From NCBI GenBank assembly GCA_965153355.1, contig OZ231126.1:21638001-21702000 (forward strand): a stretch of DNA of 64,000 nt, written 5' to 3'. Below, in pieces: positions 46,082-60,316 of the stretch. Each line of letters opens with the position of its first letter. Position 1 is the first letter of the stretch. The DNA comes from Flaccisagitta enflata. Taxonomy: Eukaryota. Position numbers and translations under genes: made by a program. The notes under the pieces are model-generated. The model ran no database searches. It had not been told where the DNA came from and worked only from the letters and a program-made list of their open reading frames with translations.

Positions 46082-46236
46082 TTTTTAGTCGCGGACACGC
46101 GACTCTACACCTTGCCGTGTCGGTCGGTCGGTCGGTCGGTAGGTCGGTCCGTCACATTTTTGAATTCCGAGCGGTTTTCGCATTACTGCTCCTGCCCAAC
46201 CGTCCGCGACTGGATTGCCGTGTATCCGGCCTTGTT
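46082..46236 (-). mobile_element. Family A DINE-1/HINE-like element
   Basis: TTTTTAGTCGCGGACACGCGACTCTAC ... GCCGTGTATCCGGCCTTGTT. Confidence 0.72.
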
Positions 46237-47533
46237 CCTCTTCGTCTTCCTCCTCTTCTTTTTCGTCTTCTTCTTCTTCTTCTTCTTCTTCTTCTTCTTC
46301 TTCTTCTTCTTCTTCTTCTTCTTCTTCTTCTTCTTCTTCTTCTTCTTCCTTCTTCTTCTTCTTCTTCTTCTTCTTCTTCTTCTTCTTCTTCTTCTATTTT
46401 GGGACCTGCCGACATCCCCCTTTCCCTGCCAAGGAGCGACACTGCAGACTGCAGACAAACAAGTATACAAGTGTATGTTCCCCTACGTTCTACACGACTT
46501 AGTCCCTTTCGTGGCCGCTGTCCAAAAGAAACCAACGAAAGAACACTCTCGATACCTAGCTTCATGATCTGGTAAAAAGATTCTGGCGGTATGTGGTAAG
46601 GGGTAACAGCGAAAATGGACATCATAAGGATGAGAGAGAGCAAAAAGAATGTGGGGGTGAGGGGGGGGGGAGATTTTCCACGAAAAGTGAAAGAACATTT
46701 ACAATTTAGGCGATGCCAAATAATTCAGAGGAGGATTCATATGGAGAGCAGCTTCGTGAAAAATAAACAAAAAGTCGGAACTGGTAAAACTTCCTAGGAT
46801 CGGGGAAGTAACATCTGTCGCACAATTATTGACAAAAGAATTTGATGCTACCATAATTTTTTGGTATTTGGTATTTGGTGTTTGGACTAAAATGGTATTT
46901 ACCATTATCTAAAGTATAGAAAATGCTTTATTTTTGCTCATGAAATCGTTTGAATTGGTACTGGCTATGTTGAGTTATGCTAAAGAATTGTGACAGCCTC
47001 CCCAAACAAAAAAAACTTCAAAATTACCTATAATCTTCAGAGCATGTCATTTCTTGAGAGAAATTGTTATGGATATGCGGATTGCGCCATTGTATAGCTT
47101 CTGAATTTTAATTGGATTGACAAAAAGCAACATGGCTTATATTCAATAAATGTAAAGAGAAAATGTATCATAAGAGCAATCACCAGCCAAACAGTACACT
47201 ATTTTGATGAAATTGGAATAAATGTCTTTGAAATTTCTTATCTGAGACTGCTATGTTAGCCGCGCCTTAGAGAGGGCGGAATGGAGATTCATGGAGAAAT
47301 AGAGAGTGGATTGTTAAAATTGTAGTAACAAGGTATAGGGCGGTAAGCTTTGGCTATACTGACTTTGATTCATCACGAACATAAACACAGATTTTTACCC
47401 AGATTCCATAGCCAATTGCCCTTATTCTTGTCTCGAAGTTCTAACTTTTAAGATGGGCTTTGAAGATGAAGTAGTCCAAGTCTTCACTATTCCAAAAAAC
47501 CGCCGGTTCGAAGCGCGGTCGAAGAAGGGATGG

Positions 47534-48087
47534 AATAGTCGCAAAAGCGTTAGATTTGTCAGCGGTACCTGTACCCTGCCTCAGTAGGGTGTGCCTAAAG
47601 TTGAAGGGGAAGCAGGGCAGCGGCCTCAAAGGGGTCGATGACATATGCTTTCTCACATATGGGGAACTTTCTCCTTCACCTTCTTATCCTCCAGCGTACT
47701 CCCTCTCAAATCCCAGCCTTGAGGCCTAAATTTCAGCCTCAAGGCCCAAATCCCAGCATTGATGCACAAATCCCAGCCTTGAGGCCCAAATCCTAGCCTG
47801 GAGGCTGAGATATGGCCTGGAGGCTGAGATTTTGGCCTGAATGCTGAAATTTAGGCCTCCAGGCTAGGATTAGGGCTTCAAGGCTAGGATTTGGGCCTCG
47901 AGGCTGGCATTTGGGCCTCAAGGCTGGAATTTGGGCCTCAAGGCTAGGATTTGGGCCTCGAGGCTGGAATGTGGGCCTCAAGGCTGGAATTTGAGGGGGG
48001 GTACGCTGGAGGAGAAGGAGAAGGAGAAAGATCCCCATATGTGTGAAAGCATAGGTCATCGACCCCATTGGGGCCGCTGCCCAAAAA
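47534..48087 (+). mobile_element. Family B variant with different arm interior and 21-bp array
   Basis: GGGCAGCGGCCTCAAAGGGGTCGATGACATATGCTTTC arm mirrored by GAAAGCATAGGTCATCGACCCCATTGGGGCCGCTGCCC; internal (AGGCTAGGATTTGGGCCTC)n repeats in both orientations. Confidence 0.75.
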
Positions 48088-48479
48088 GGGGAGGGGTTGA
48101 AGAGATAGGGAAAATGAAAACAAGGCCAAGCATAAGTTCGTTTTTCAGCGTCATCGAGGAGCCTATGCACCATCGGACCGATGGCGCGGATGGACGATAC
48201 TTATTATGAACATATTTTTCTGCGCGTAGAGAGATTCAGCGAATGGAGAAAAAATTCCGAATACAGCAACAGAGGTGGAGAGCAGACAATGTTTCAAAAT
48301 GTTCTCATTAAGTCGGACTCTCGGAAATTCGCGAGATTCATCTTTGACTGAGACGGCGTCTTGCAATGAATCTAAAAGCGCCTAAGAAACAATCTCAACC
48401 CACCAGGCAAAACAAAGATACAAAAGAAAGAATGTGGATGAGTGAGTGAGAGAGAGAGAGAGAGAGACTTACGAGCAAA

Positions 48480-48500
48480 CAGAGACAGACAGGCTGACAA

Positions 48501-48551
<51 letters not shown>

Positions 48552-48810
48552 TACAAACAAACAAACAAACAAACAAACAAACAAACAAACAAACAAACAA
48601 ACAAACAAACAAACAGACAGACAGTCAAACAGACAGACAGAGAGACAGACAGAGAGACAGACAGACCCACAGAATAACCGATTGACAGACAGAAAGGAAG
48701 ACAAATAGAAGAACGGACAGACAAACAGAAGAATGGACGGACAGATAGACGGACAAAAAGACAGAAGGACGGACAGACAGACAGACAGACATACAGACAG
48801 AATAACAGAA

Positions 48811-48848
<38 letters not shown>

Positions 48849-48876
48849 AGAGAAAGACAGTTTAGGAGAGACAAAC

Positions 48877-48935
<59 letters not shown>

Positions 48936-49075
48936 AAGACAGATAGACAGACCGACAGATAGACAGACAGACAGATAAACAGAGAGACAGACAGACAGAT
49001 AGACAGACAGACAGACAAATAGACAGAAAAACAGAAAGACAGACAGACAGTCCGACAGTCAGAAAGCCAGACAGT

Positions 49076-49123
<48 letters not shown>

Positions 49124-49140
49124 TTAAAAGACAGACAGTC
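48480..49140. repeat. (AGAC)n / (AAAC)n compound microsatellite
   Basis: Directly visible. Confidence 0.92.
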
Positions 49141-49604
49141 AAAGAAAAGAAGAGATACATACAGATGAAAGTAGAAGCCGCGAGTGTACTAAAAAATTGG
49201 GAAAAATGAAAAAAAAGACGCCGTGGGCAGACAAAAATTTGTTGTATCCGGACAACATTATCGCCGCGGGACGCGACATCTATAGATACGACTAAACGTC
49301 CATGTTTTCATCTCTAAATTTGCGAGCTTATCTTTCTTTTATTGTTCATATGTAATTGTGAGTATATATTTAACATTCATTTGTTGTCGTTGATGTCCTT
49401 GTGGTTTCTCGGAACGATCGCGATTGGTCGGTTTGACTCGATTTGGCGTTTGATGTGTTTAGAAGGCGGGCGCTAAAGCGAATGCAATGAAGAAATAAAT
49501 GCTATTTGGTTAATTTAATGGAGGCTTTTTACTCGTCATTTTACGGCCCACTGCTGACATCAACCGTCCGGGAACAGGAATCAAGATGCGCGCCGCGGTA
49601 ACAG

Positions 49605-49657
<53 letters not shown>

Positions 49658-49725
49658 GAGAGTGTTTAACTGTGCGACTATGTTCACGCTTAATGGATGT
49701 TACCAATAACCAAAGCATAAAGTGT

Positions 49726-49811
<86 letters not shown>

Positions 49812-49833
49812 GTGTGTGTGCGTGTGTGTGACT

Positions 49834-50181
49834 TACGTCCCGTGAAGCGCCCCAAACTTTGACTATGGCTCTCACCAATCTTACCACAGTTGAGGCTTGG
49901 TAAAAAAACATTTCATGCAAAATTTTGGGCCTCTGAGGTAGCAGGAACCTTCGTCAGGGTGAGGTTGAAGTTTGTATTGAATTAGCATTAGAATCAATAT
50001 TTCTATTATGCAAATTTTGTCTCTGCCATAGGTTTCTATGGAAACTTTATGGTCACCCTGACAAAGGTTCCTGCTGTTCTAGAGGCCTGAAATTTTGCAT
50101 GAGATGTTCTTTTACCAAGCCTCAACCATGGTAAAATTGGTGAGAGTCAGCGTCGAAGTTTGGGGCGGTTCATGGGACGTA
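49834..50181. mobile_element. MITE with ~135-bp TIRs
   Basis: TACGTCCCGTGAAGCGCCCCAAACTT... is mirrored by ...AAGTTTGGGGCGGTTCATGGGACGTA. The ORF track shows the same peptide (MHEMFFYQAST) on both strands. GTGACT flanks both sides. Confidence 0.85.
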
Positions 50182-50209
50182 GTGACTTCAGGGAACATGG
50201 GCAAGCATA

Positions 50210-50442
50210 CCATCTTGGCGGAAAGAAACGCGACAGTTGCTAAAAGTAGTATCAACTTTGGAGGAGTGCTGCTCTCAAACGGAATAAGCTACAGACCCCA
50301 GATTGGGCTCATTTTAAAGGTCTGATTCAAATCTTCAAAATGAGACCAAGTTGAACTCTATAGCTTTATTCATTTAGGAGCAGCGCTCTTCCAAAGTTGA
50401 TGCTAGTTTTAGCAACTGTCGCGCTTCTTTCCGCCAAGATAG
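50210..50442. mobile_element. Nearly fully palindromic TA-flanked MITE (Tc1/mariner-type by TSD)
   Basis: TA|CCATCTTGGCGGAAAGAAACGCGACAGTTGCTAAAA ... TTTTAGCAACTGTCGCGCTTCTTTCCGCCAAGATAG|TA. Confidence 0.85.
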
Positions 50443-51695
50443 TAGTGAAAAGACAAGTTTAGACTAATTATAGGATGCTTTATTACCCATCATGACCAAT
50501 TCGATTGCCATGGAAACACATTTCCATGTATTCCCGCTAAAATATCAAAATTCTAAATAAGAATAATGCTACAACTTTCCTGTAGCATGTATTTCAACAT
50601 GAATGGGGGGGGGGGTGGATGATGGTTGGACGCCCCTGTCTACGCGTCCGCAACGATATTGTGTCCCCGTGTCACCTGTTTATCCTGTAAATGGAAGGAG
50701 CAATGGCGTGATTGTGGAGAGGTGCTGAAAATCCACCGCAAACAAATAACCATATGGTGGACACTTGAAAGACTGTATTCTTGTATGTTTTTAGCTCACT
50801 ACGCCTTTGATTGAAAACGTAGATTGCTAAAGATCAGGGTTAAATCTTAACCCACTCGTCATCCATCTCTCAATTCAGTTCCCTCTTTCAGTATGAACTC
50901 AGCTCGATGAAGAAAAGCACCGTCGCAGTTTCTAACCGACCGTTAAAAACGTAAAAAAGCCATAACTGGGAATGAGGGTCGTAAGGGGGCAGGATAACAG
51001 CCACGATGGATGTCTCATAAAAGCAAGAGAACAACTGTATTTCGAGGCTCATCTTTAGTTGACGATCGTCGAAGTTAATCACCTCATAGTCATCAAAACG
51101 AAATGATAAAAATTGGGCAATAGATTCGTGGTACAAGGGAGGAGCCAGGGTGAGGGTACCGATCTTTATCATCTTTTTGCTTCACCTTTTCTTTGCGTAA
51201 TATTTTGAGATCTTGAACAATAAATTTTGTGGTAATTTTGTTGGGTTAGCACACAGAGTGCCAAAAATGATAGTGAATCGAACAGCTAGACTGTAAATTA
51301 CATTAAAGTTTTTGTGTGCCAAATTCATTCCTTTAATTCAAGACGCCTTATTACGGCATGTATCTGAATTAATGAGTGGAAAGTTCACGCATAATGAAAA
51401 GGTTGTAATCGTAGAGCGGAATATATTTGTAAAAATGTCGGCCTGGTTAATTTTGGCGACGTGACATAAGAACGGTTTTAACCATAGTAAGGCTTTCAAT
51501 AACGTATTAACAGGATTTGATCAGCCTTCATCTGTTTTTGATAAAAACCCGCCGCGATCCACTTCAAATAAATCTCCAATGGCTCAAACATTTATTGGCA
51601 AAACCAGGCTCAAATGATGAGAGCCTCTCTCTTTTTAATTTTCCTTTTTTAAACTCAAGTATGTGTGTATTTCTCTGTCTCAGTCTCTCTCTGTC

Positions 51696-51794
<99 letters not shown>

Positions 51795-52302
51795 CTAAAT
51801 ATGAAATGGTGAGGAAATGCGCTACGAGATACGAGTTAAAATAGTTACTGGATAAAGTTTTTTTGAAGGAATGTAATCATGATATGTTGAAGCGTCCGAA
51901 TTGTATTTTTTCTGAGTGAAAAGATAAATGTTAAGAATGAGAAATATTTGAAACAAAAAGCGACGAATAAATTAGTGTTTTTTGTAAGTTGATACTGACA
52001 ACTGCTTGTTTAAGAGGCGAGAAACAAAAGTTTTGAAGTCATATACTCAGCGCCTCAGCGACATATGTCTGCTTCATTGGTCAGTGAGCTCATACATACA
52101 CATACACATGCTAACGATTTCAAAGAGGTCATTAAAATGAAAGCTTAAATGTTTTTGTAAGCCAGGGTGCAAACCCGGTCTACTTATATTTGCAGTATAG
52201 TTCTGCCACATAGTTCGCTGACACTTTTTTTCCAGCTCAGATGCAGACAAAACCACTACTACAGAACTCTGTCCGGAGAGCCCAACTATTCAACCTACTT
52301 GT

Positions 52303-53094
52303 AATAGCAGCCCAAAGGCAGTAAGTGGTCAGCGGTACCCGTGCCCTGCTTGAGTAGAAAGTCATTTAGGTTGAGAGGGAGCAGGGCAGCGGCCCCGAAG
52401 GGGACGAAGTCCTGTAGAACACAGGGGGAATCTGTCCATCCGTCCGCCCGTCCTGTCTGCCTTCCTTCTGTCCAGGATGCCCTGTTATTCAAATTTTCAT
52501 TGAATACCATGGAGAAATGACAAAAGACAGTATATGGACAATGGTACCCTTGCCCTTATTGATAGTTTGTAGGTTAAGTTGAGGGGGGAGCAGGCCAGAA
52601 TCTGGGTCTCAGACACCGATTTCTTGGTCTCAGAGGCAAGCATTGCAGTCTCTGAGGCCAGGATTTGGGCCTCTGAGGCTAGGATTTAGGTCTTTGAGGC
52701 CAGAACCTTGGTCTTGGAGGTCAGAATCTGGGTCCCAAAGGTCAGGATCTGGGTCCCTATGGCTAGGATGTGGGTTTTAGGAGCCAGAATCTAAGTTTAA
52801 GGGGCCAAAATGATAGAACTCAGGCCAGAATTCAGGTTTTCTAGCCAGATTTAGCTCATTTTGCCTGGACTTGAGCTTTCTTGCCTGGATTTGGCCTATT
52901 ATAGCTGAATTTGGGCCATTTTGCTTGGATTTGGGCCCCAAAGGAGACAAAGCCCTGAGGGTGGGGGGGGGGGACGGACGGACGGACGGACGGACGAACG
53001 GACGGACGGACGGACGGACGGATGGACGGATGGACGGACAGATTCCCCCTGTGTTCTACAGGACTTCGTCCCCTTCGGGGCTGCTGCCCAAAAA
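52303..53094 (+). mobile_element. Family B satellite-carrying element
   Basis: ~60-bp inverted arms at 52384-52445 and ~53028-53089, an ~80-bp unpaired tail on the left, internal ~21-bp repeats and (GGAC)n. Confidence 0.82.
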
Positions 53095-53542
53095 GAATGT
53101 ACCCCCCCCTTCTCAGTTCTCAGTTTCCCCAGGCCTTAATCAGCCCTTGGAGCTCATATCAACCCTCTGATGCCTTAAGGAGCTCTCAATGGCTTCATGT
53201 CAGCCCTAAGAGGCCCACTTTGCACTTTTGCCCTCTCACGCTTAAATCAGCTTTAAAGGCCTAAAATCAGCTTCAAATAGCCTCAATCAGGCTCTTCGGG
53301 CTTTAGATCAGATGCAGATCTCTGGTCTGGTCAAGAGTGAGCCCCAAAGGCTTCTTACTATTATAGCCCCTGATCCATAGCCCTTCAGTCATTAGCCTTA
53401 GAAGGAATCAATAATAAAAGCGACCTTGTGTCCAACAGAACTTTGTCCTCCTAACAAAGGGCCGCTGCCTTGCTTCCTCTCATCTACAACCACAATCATA
53501 CTATCTAGGAAAAAAGTTTGGCGACACTTAGGGTTGGCAGTA

Positions 53543-54308
53543 CAGTATGATTGTTCTGAACTGTAACATAAGATGAGGACATAACGCAAAAACTGAAAGG
53601 GCTAGCCAAATTCTGAAAATAGTCCTTGGGAGATATGAGTTTGCAGATTTTTGTAAGAAAACTCCAAGGATTTTTTCGTAGAATTTGATCCAATTAACAC
53701 ATCATGAAGTGGAGGGTAATTTCTGCAAAAAAGGGTGATTTTATTATGACCAAAATGAACTGCCTTCCTTTAGATTGCTCTCATTTCTAAACGGTTAGAG
53801 CTACTGATCCCAGATTGGTCTCAAATGAAAGATATTTTGATGTAGTTTTAGGAGGAAAAATGAGAAAAAGGCATTTTTAAAGATTTATCATGCAAAACAT
53901 TAATGGTATTGTCTTTTCAGGAAAACTTTTATGCAGAATTGACTTTCGGTTCACGAAAAACAATCAAGACTCAAATAAAGCACATCTCTTGAGCTTTCCT
54001 CAAAAACTACTTTTAGAAATCTTTCATTTGAGACCAATCTGGAATTTGTAGCTCAATCCGTTTAAGAATGAGAGCAATTTAAAGGAAAACAGTTCAGCCA
54101 ACCTCTTGACAATTTTTTCACTTTGCATATTTTGATCTCAAGTTAAAAAGAAACAAGAGGATTGATTTTTTTCCAGAAAATCCTTGGAATTTTCCAGCAA
54201 TAATCTGCAAACTCGTATTTTCCAAGAGTTTTTTTCCGAATTTGGCTAGCCCTTCTAGTTTTTGCACTATGTCCTCATCTTATGTTACAGTTCAGAACAA
54301 TCATACTG
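53543..54308. mobile_element. Tc1/mariner-type MITE, copy 1 (766 bp)
   Basis: TA|CAGTATGATTGTTCTGAACTGTAACATAAGATGAGGACATA ... TATGTCCTCATCTTATGTTACAGTTCAGAACAATCATACTG|TA; near-identical to 61906-62672. Confidence 0.92.
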
Positions 54309-55540
54309 TATGTTTCCCTCCTCATGTGCTCAAAACTTGTGTATCTGATCGTTTTCATTTGTTTTTATGTTCATACTAACTAAAACAAATGAGAAAAATA
54401 ATCTTCAATCCAATTAAGGGACCTCGAGTTTGGTTTGTTTATCACAACTAAGAGGTGGTTGTGGTTGTGGTAATAATAGTAGATTTTAGTCATTTTGACT
54501 GGAAATTTAAGCTACTTCCCTTCCAAAATCTGACTGAAAATCCAAGAGATTTTAAAACTAGAGCTCAAAAGCTTACCAGTGGTGCAATCCGCATAATCCT
54601 ATCATATTTTAGTAAAATTTGAGAGCATTTCAAAGATGGAAGGGTAGAAGAAAAAATAATTTCTACTTTTTTTGCCATTTTTGAAAGTACATGATCAACT
54701 TCAAACACATGGCATTTCTAAACGGTTTGACGCACAGAGACGAGATTGCGCTCAGATTGAAGATTTTTTGACGTAGATTAAAATGCTCATAAATTTTATG
54801 TACTTTTCTTGGCGGGAAGTTGTGCTATTGCTCGTTAAAGGTGACGCCAAACATATTTCCTAGGTAGTACAAAGCAGGAAAACGTGTATCGTTGCCCTTA
54901 GGCGACCGGTTTTATCATGAAATTTGCGTTTAGCCCACCTTACCGCTCTGTACGCTTACAGAAGGGAAGAGATCTGACGCCCCACATGTCTCTTTCCATG
55001 TGCTATAACGCAAAAGGGGCCCGCATTTTACGCACAAAAGCATTTATGATGAGGTGATGAAAATTCCATTTGTGATATGGAGGATATGGATTTTGAAGGG
55101 ACTTCGGAGAACGACCTTGAAACAAGGAATTGATATTCTTAGCATGACTTATGAATAAAAAAAAAACAACACTCGACAGGTTAAAAAGGCATTTTAAAAA
55201 GACGATAGACATCATGTTAATCTCAAATCCTAGCTGATGATTTTAGATCATCAAGAAATCATGAAATTGAGCCAAACGACGTCTAAATCATGGTTGAAAT
55301 CACGGCGACGGCTTGTCAGTGAGTTGATCGAAACACCCATCAAATCAACCAGAATGACGCGCTTAGGCAGAGTTCGTTCACCATGGGGAAAATCCATCAA
55401 CATGAAGACGGTAGAGGTAAGGGATTGGGCATTTGGTTGGCGCATCTCCTGTCTGTTTTTGTACACCCAGAAGATCATTTTGAGTCGTATGATGACTCGA
55501 TAAGCGACTCGTCAGTCCGTCTGTTGGTCCACTAATTCAA

Positions 55541-55649
<109 letters not shown>

Positions 55650-55980
55650 CTTCGAATCTTCATTTTTGGCCAAACACCGTGGAAGACGTGGACTCCGTTC
55701 AATTCAACTCACCAAAAAATGCAATGAAGGAGACAAATGTTGACTAAATAACTTAGTTACTAAATAGCTAACAAACAAACTAACTAAGAGAACAACGCCG
55801 TGATATGTCCTTGTATGGCAGAGCTAATACGAACGATCTCCGTGTAAATCAATATGTAAAGCAGCCAAAGAGCGTGTCCAAAACCTTTTTTAAGTCAGGC
55901 GGTGAAAGCCAGACCTTGATCGAAGTTTATAAATATTGGAACGAATAAATAACTCGGCTTGTCAATTTCACGGAGCGTTG

Positions 55981-56066
<86 letters not shown>

Positions 56067-56140
56067 ATATCTCTCTCTCTCTCTCTCTCTCTTTCTTTCT
56101 TCTCTCTCTCTCTCTCTTTCTTTCTTCTCTCTCTTTCTTT

Positions 56141-56235
<95 letters not shown>

Positions 56236-57379
56236 CTCTCCCGTTTCATGTTTTGAAATATGCGATGGTCGGTAATTGAAAATTTGAGGTTGTGTGGAGC
56301 GAATAAACCAAAAAGTAATCCCGGGAAGCTGGTAAGGATCGAAGGGATCGAAAGCTGGGAGTGACGCTAATTACGACTGCGGCGGCGAAGGTACAAGCAG
56401 CGTCAGCGAAGGCGTCAGCAGCGGCAGTGGTGTTGGTGGTGCCAGTGGCGTCGGTGGTGGAAGTGGCGTCGGTGGTGGTAGTGTCGGCGGTGGTTGTAGT
56501 GGCGTCGGAGGCGGCATTGGCATCAGCAGCGGCAGTGGCGTCGGTGGTGCCAGTGGTGGTGAAATTCAGCTGTAATGACAGCCGAAATGTTCGTTTTCTG
56601 CCATGATGATGAGATGGTCAGCAGCCACTACACAGCAATAATCTCGTAGGACACCTCTCACGAAATTAAGAACATTGTGTTTTTTTTTTCTTTTCCTTTT
56701 TTTTTTTTTTTTATTCAAGGCTGAAACTAACCCTCATCTGCTACACTGATTCATTATCATTCTTTTTCTTGGAGTATATTCTAATGGGCCCGTGCGGTTG
56801 GGGAGAGAGCCACAGACAGTTATGCAAAATCCGCATGCAATTTCAAAAAAGTTACCATCAGCTGGACGGACGGACCGACCAACAGACTGTCAAAGCAACC
56901 TCTAGAATAGCGTGCACGCAACCAAAAAGTTATTTCCACATGGGCCAAAACTTCCCAGCTTACGCCTCTGAGTCGGGATTAGGCGGATAGAGTCTTAATT
57001 CAAACCCTAATTGGACTTTCCGAACATGCGATATTTGTTGCCAAGGCCGATACACGGCTTAAATTTCATCAGGCTATGGATCTATGACAACAGATGAGGA
57101 AGCGTTGAAGTGGATTGGGCTAACCAAAGCAGAAAAAAAACTGATCCAAGGCGAGAGGCTGAATTGAGCTATCGAAAACCCCGGAAATACAATTTCCCTA
57201 ATTAAAAGATGTTATCCTTTTACTGGGGGATTTTTGGGACCTAATATCATTGAGATTGACAAAGACTAACTTAAATTGACACACCACACGAATTATATCA
57301 ATAACGGTCGTTTTCAATGTCATTTTGCCACACTTGCAATGTAATGACTCAAATCATTAACAACTGTGCCGATGACAGA

Positions 57380-57585
57380 CGAGTCACGTGACAAACTACA
57401 AATGACAGACAGATCACGTGAGATCGCCATCACGTTACAGACTAGTCACGTGGGAATAGAGTCACATAAAATGGCTTGGAATGGAATGGTCACATGACAT
57501 GATCACATGACAGGATCATATGACAGGATCACATGACAGGATCACAAGGCATTGCACGGTCATGTGGGAAAGAGTCACATGGCAT
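57380..57585. repeat. Short degenerate tandem repeat rich in TCACATGAC/TCACGTG
   Basis: Repeated GACAGGATCACAT and GTCACGTG units. Confidence 0.6.
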
Positions 57586-57648
57586 CGAGAGACGCTCAAA
57601 TCCGAGAATGACGTTTATTACCATCAACCTTTTAAGTCGATTGAATCC

Positions 57649-57751
<103 letters not shown>

Positions 57752-58257
57752 ATACTATTTGATATGTCCCTAACAACGGACAGGGCTGTTGGTTCAAACC
57801 CCCCAGACATCGTCATTCGAGAAAGGACAGTATCATCTGTTGTTGTAGGGGGGCATCTATTGTTGTAGGGGGGCTCGGGGCCGTATCACACAATTTTACA
57901 AACTACCTCACATTGACACCTGCTGCTTTGTGTGTTGCAATGTGCCTGAAAATCACAGTATTGGGAAGTGAAAAAATCATGCGTTTTGTACTGTCAAGGA
58001 AAGAAATGTACTATGTGGTGTTTACTATGATACCCCATGCTTACCTGTTTGTTGTGGATTATTTGCTTAAACACATGTGGTGGTACCAATCCTATGTAAT
58101 GATTGAAATTGAAGTTGATACACTTTCACCCAAAGATGTCAACCTTTTAGATGGACTGGCACTGCCATTACGGCCAAAATCATTTGTTCTAAGTCTACAT
58201 TTTGTTGGATTACATTTGAAGTGGAATATTTGAATCAAAACCTCATAATTACCAAAA

Positions 58258-58504
58258 GAAAACAAGGCCAGATACACGGCTACCCTAGTTGCGTGCGGGT
58301 GGGCAGGAGCAGTGCTGGAGAAGGTCAATAGGGCATCTTGGCTGGAGCCGTATGCTCAAAAAGCCCAAAAACGCTGAAAAAGTAAAAAGGGGAGCGATGG
58401 ACCAACCGACTAACCAACCAAACAACCTACCAACCAACCAACCAACCGACCAACCAACAGACTGACATAGCGGGGTGTAGAGTTGCGTAGCACGCAATTT
58501 AAAA
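58258..58504 (+). mobile_element. Family A DINE-1/HINE-like element with a (CCAA)n core
   Basis: AAAACAAGGCCAGATACACGGCTACCCTAGTTGCGTGCGGGTGGGCAGG...GTAGAGTTGCGTAGCACGCAA. Confidence 0.68.
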
Positions 58505-58593
58505 CAATTCTGAAATGCGCTTAGGATTAGGTCAATCCTTGGCTATCAGTCTCATAATACCAACACAGTTTGTTCTTGTGCAAGTACATGTAT

Positions 58594-59076
<483 letters not shown>

Positions 59077-59447
59077 CCTCTACCACCAATATTTTTTCTC
59101 TCATACACCAAATGGTTAAGAATAAGATTTTTAGGTTTCTCCACTATTATTCCCTTATTCTTTTCTCAATTTTTGAAAGAAAGGAAATGAAGAAATCAAA
59201 GAAGGGAGAAAACTTGAATGGGTCTTTAATTGTTTGATAGGAACAGATTTGAATGAAGGACGCCCAAAAAGACCAAGTGTGCGCTTGAGAAAGCTGACCT
59301 TTATTAGAAGGGTTTATAGACGATGCTGGCGGTTCGTTAACCGCCAAATTTGACTTTTAAAATCTTTTTCTCCCTCATTTTTTTTCTCGACTGTCTCTTT
59401 TCTTTCTTCTTTTTGTTTATATTTTATATTTTATTCTTTTCTTTCGT

Positions 59448-59531
<84 letters not shown>

Positions 59532-60208
59532 TTTTTCTTTCTCTCTTTATTTCTGCCTTTCCTTCTTTCTTTCATCGTTTCTTCCTTTTCTTTCTCTCTA
59601 TGGCAAGTGTAACAATAAAGCCAAATTAAGAATCAGGGAGAGGAACTTGTGTGTTCTCTAGACGTTCTTTATATATTCCACTCTCTCCATCTGTTTGTCT
59701 GATTGTCTACCTGTCATTCTATCCTTAGGAACAGATAGACAACCGTTGCTAAAGAAAATGTATTTTTGTACACTGTACAGTTGAACTTCACGAGTTGGCA
59801 TGCCAAGGGACGGGGCAAAATCATGCCTTATTTTGCCTGATTGCCAATGTTGAAATAACTACAAAATCTCTGATGAGACTGCATGCTTTATACCTCATAG
59901 GCGGGCATACCTTAATAGATAAAGGGACACTTTTGAGGAATTACTTCCGCATGAGAGATTTAAAATATTTTAATGTACTTTTGATAACGCTAAGGCAACG
60001 AAAGTCATGAGGAATCAAACGTCATGCTTTAACCTTGAAAATTACACCGAGAACCAAGCATTTATCAACAACTTCCCATGCCCAACTAATTCATGATATA
60101 AGTTTTATCTTTACCTGACATAAGGCAGTCATTCACGCCTGACAAATCAGCTGATTTGCACGTTGATGCGATTACGACCGTACCATAGGAATGGCAGGCT
60201 GTGTAAGC

Positions 60209-60316
<108 letters not shown>

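Noticed and set aside
56361..56606. GC-rich 81-aa Ala/Val/Ser ORF
   Set aside because: It is a degenerate GTGGCGTCG/GTG repeat with no ATG start, splice support or recognisable domain.
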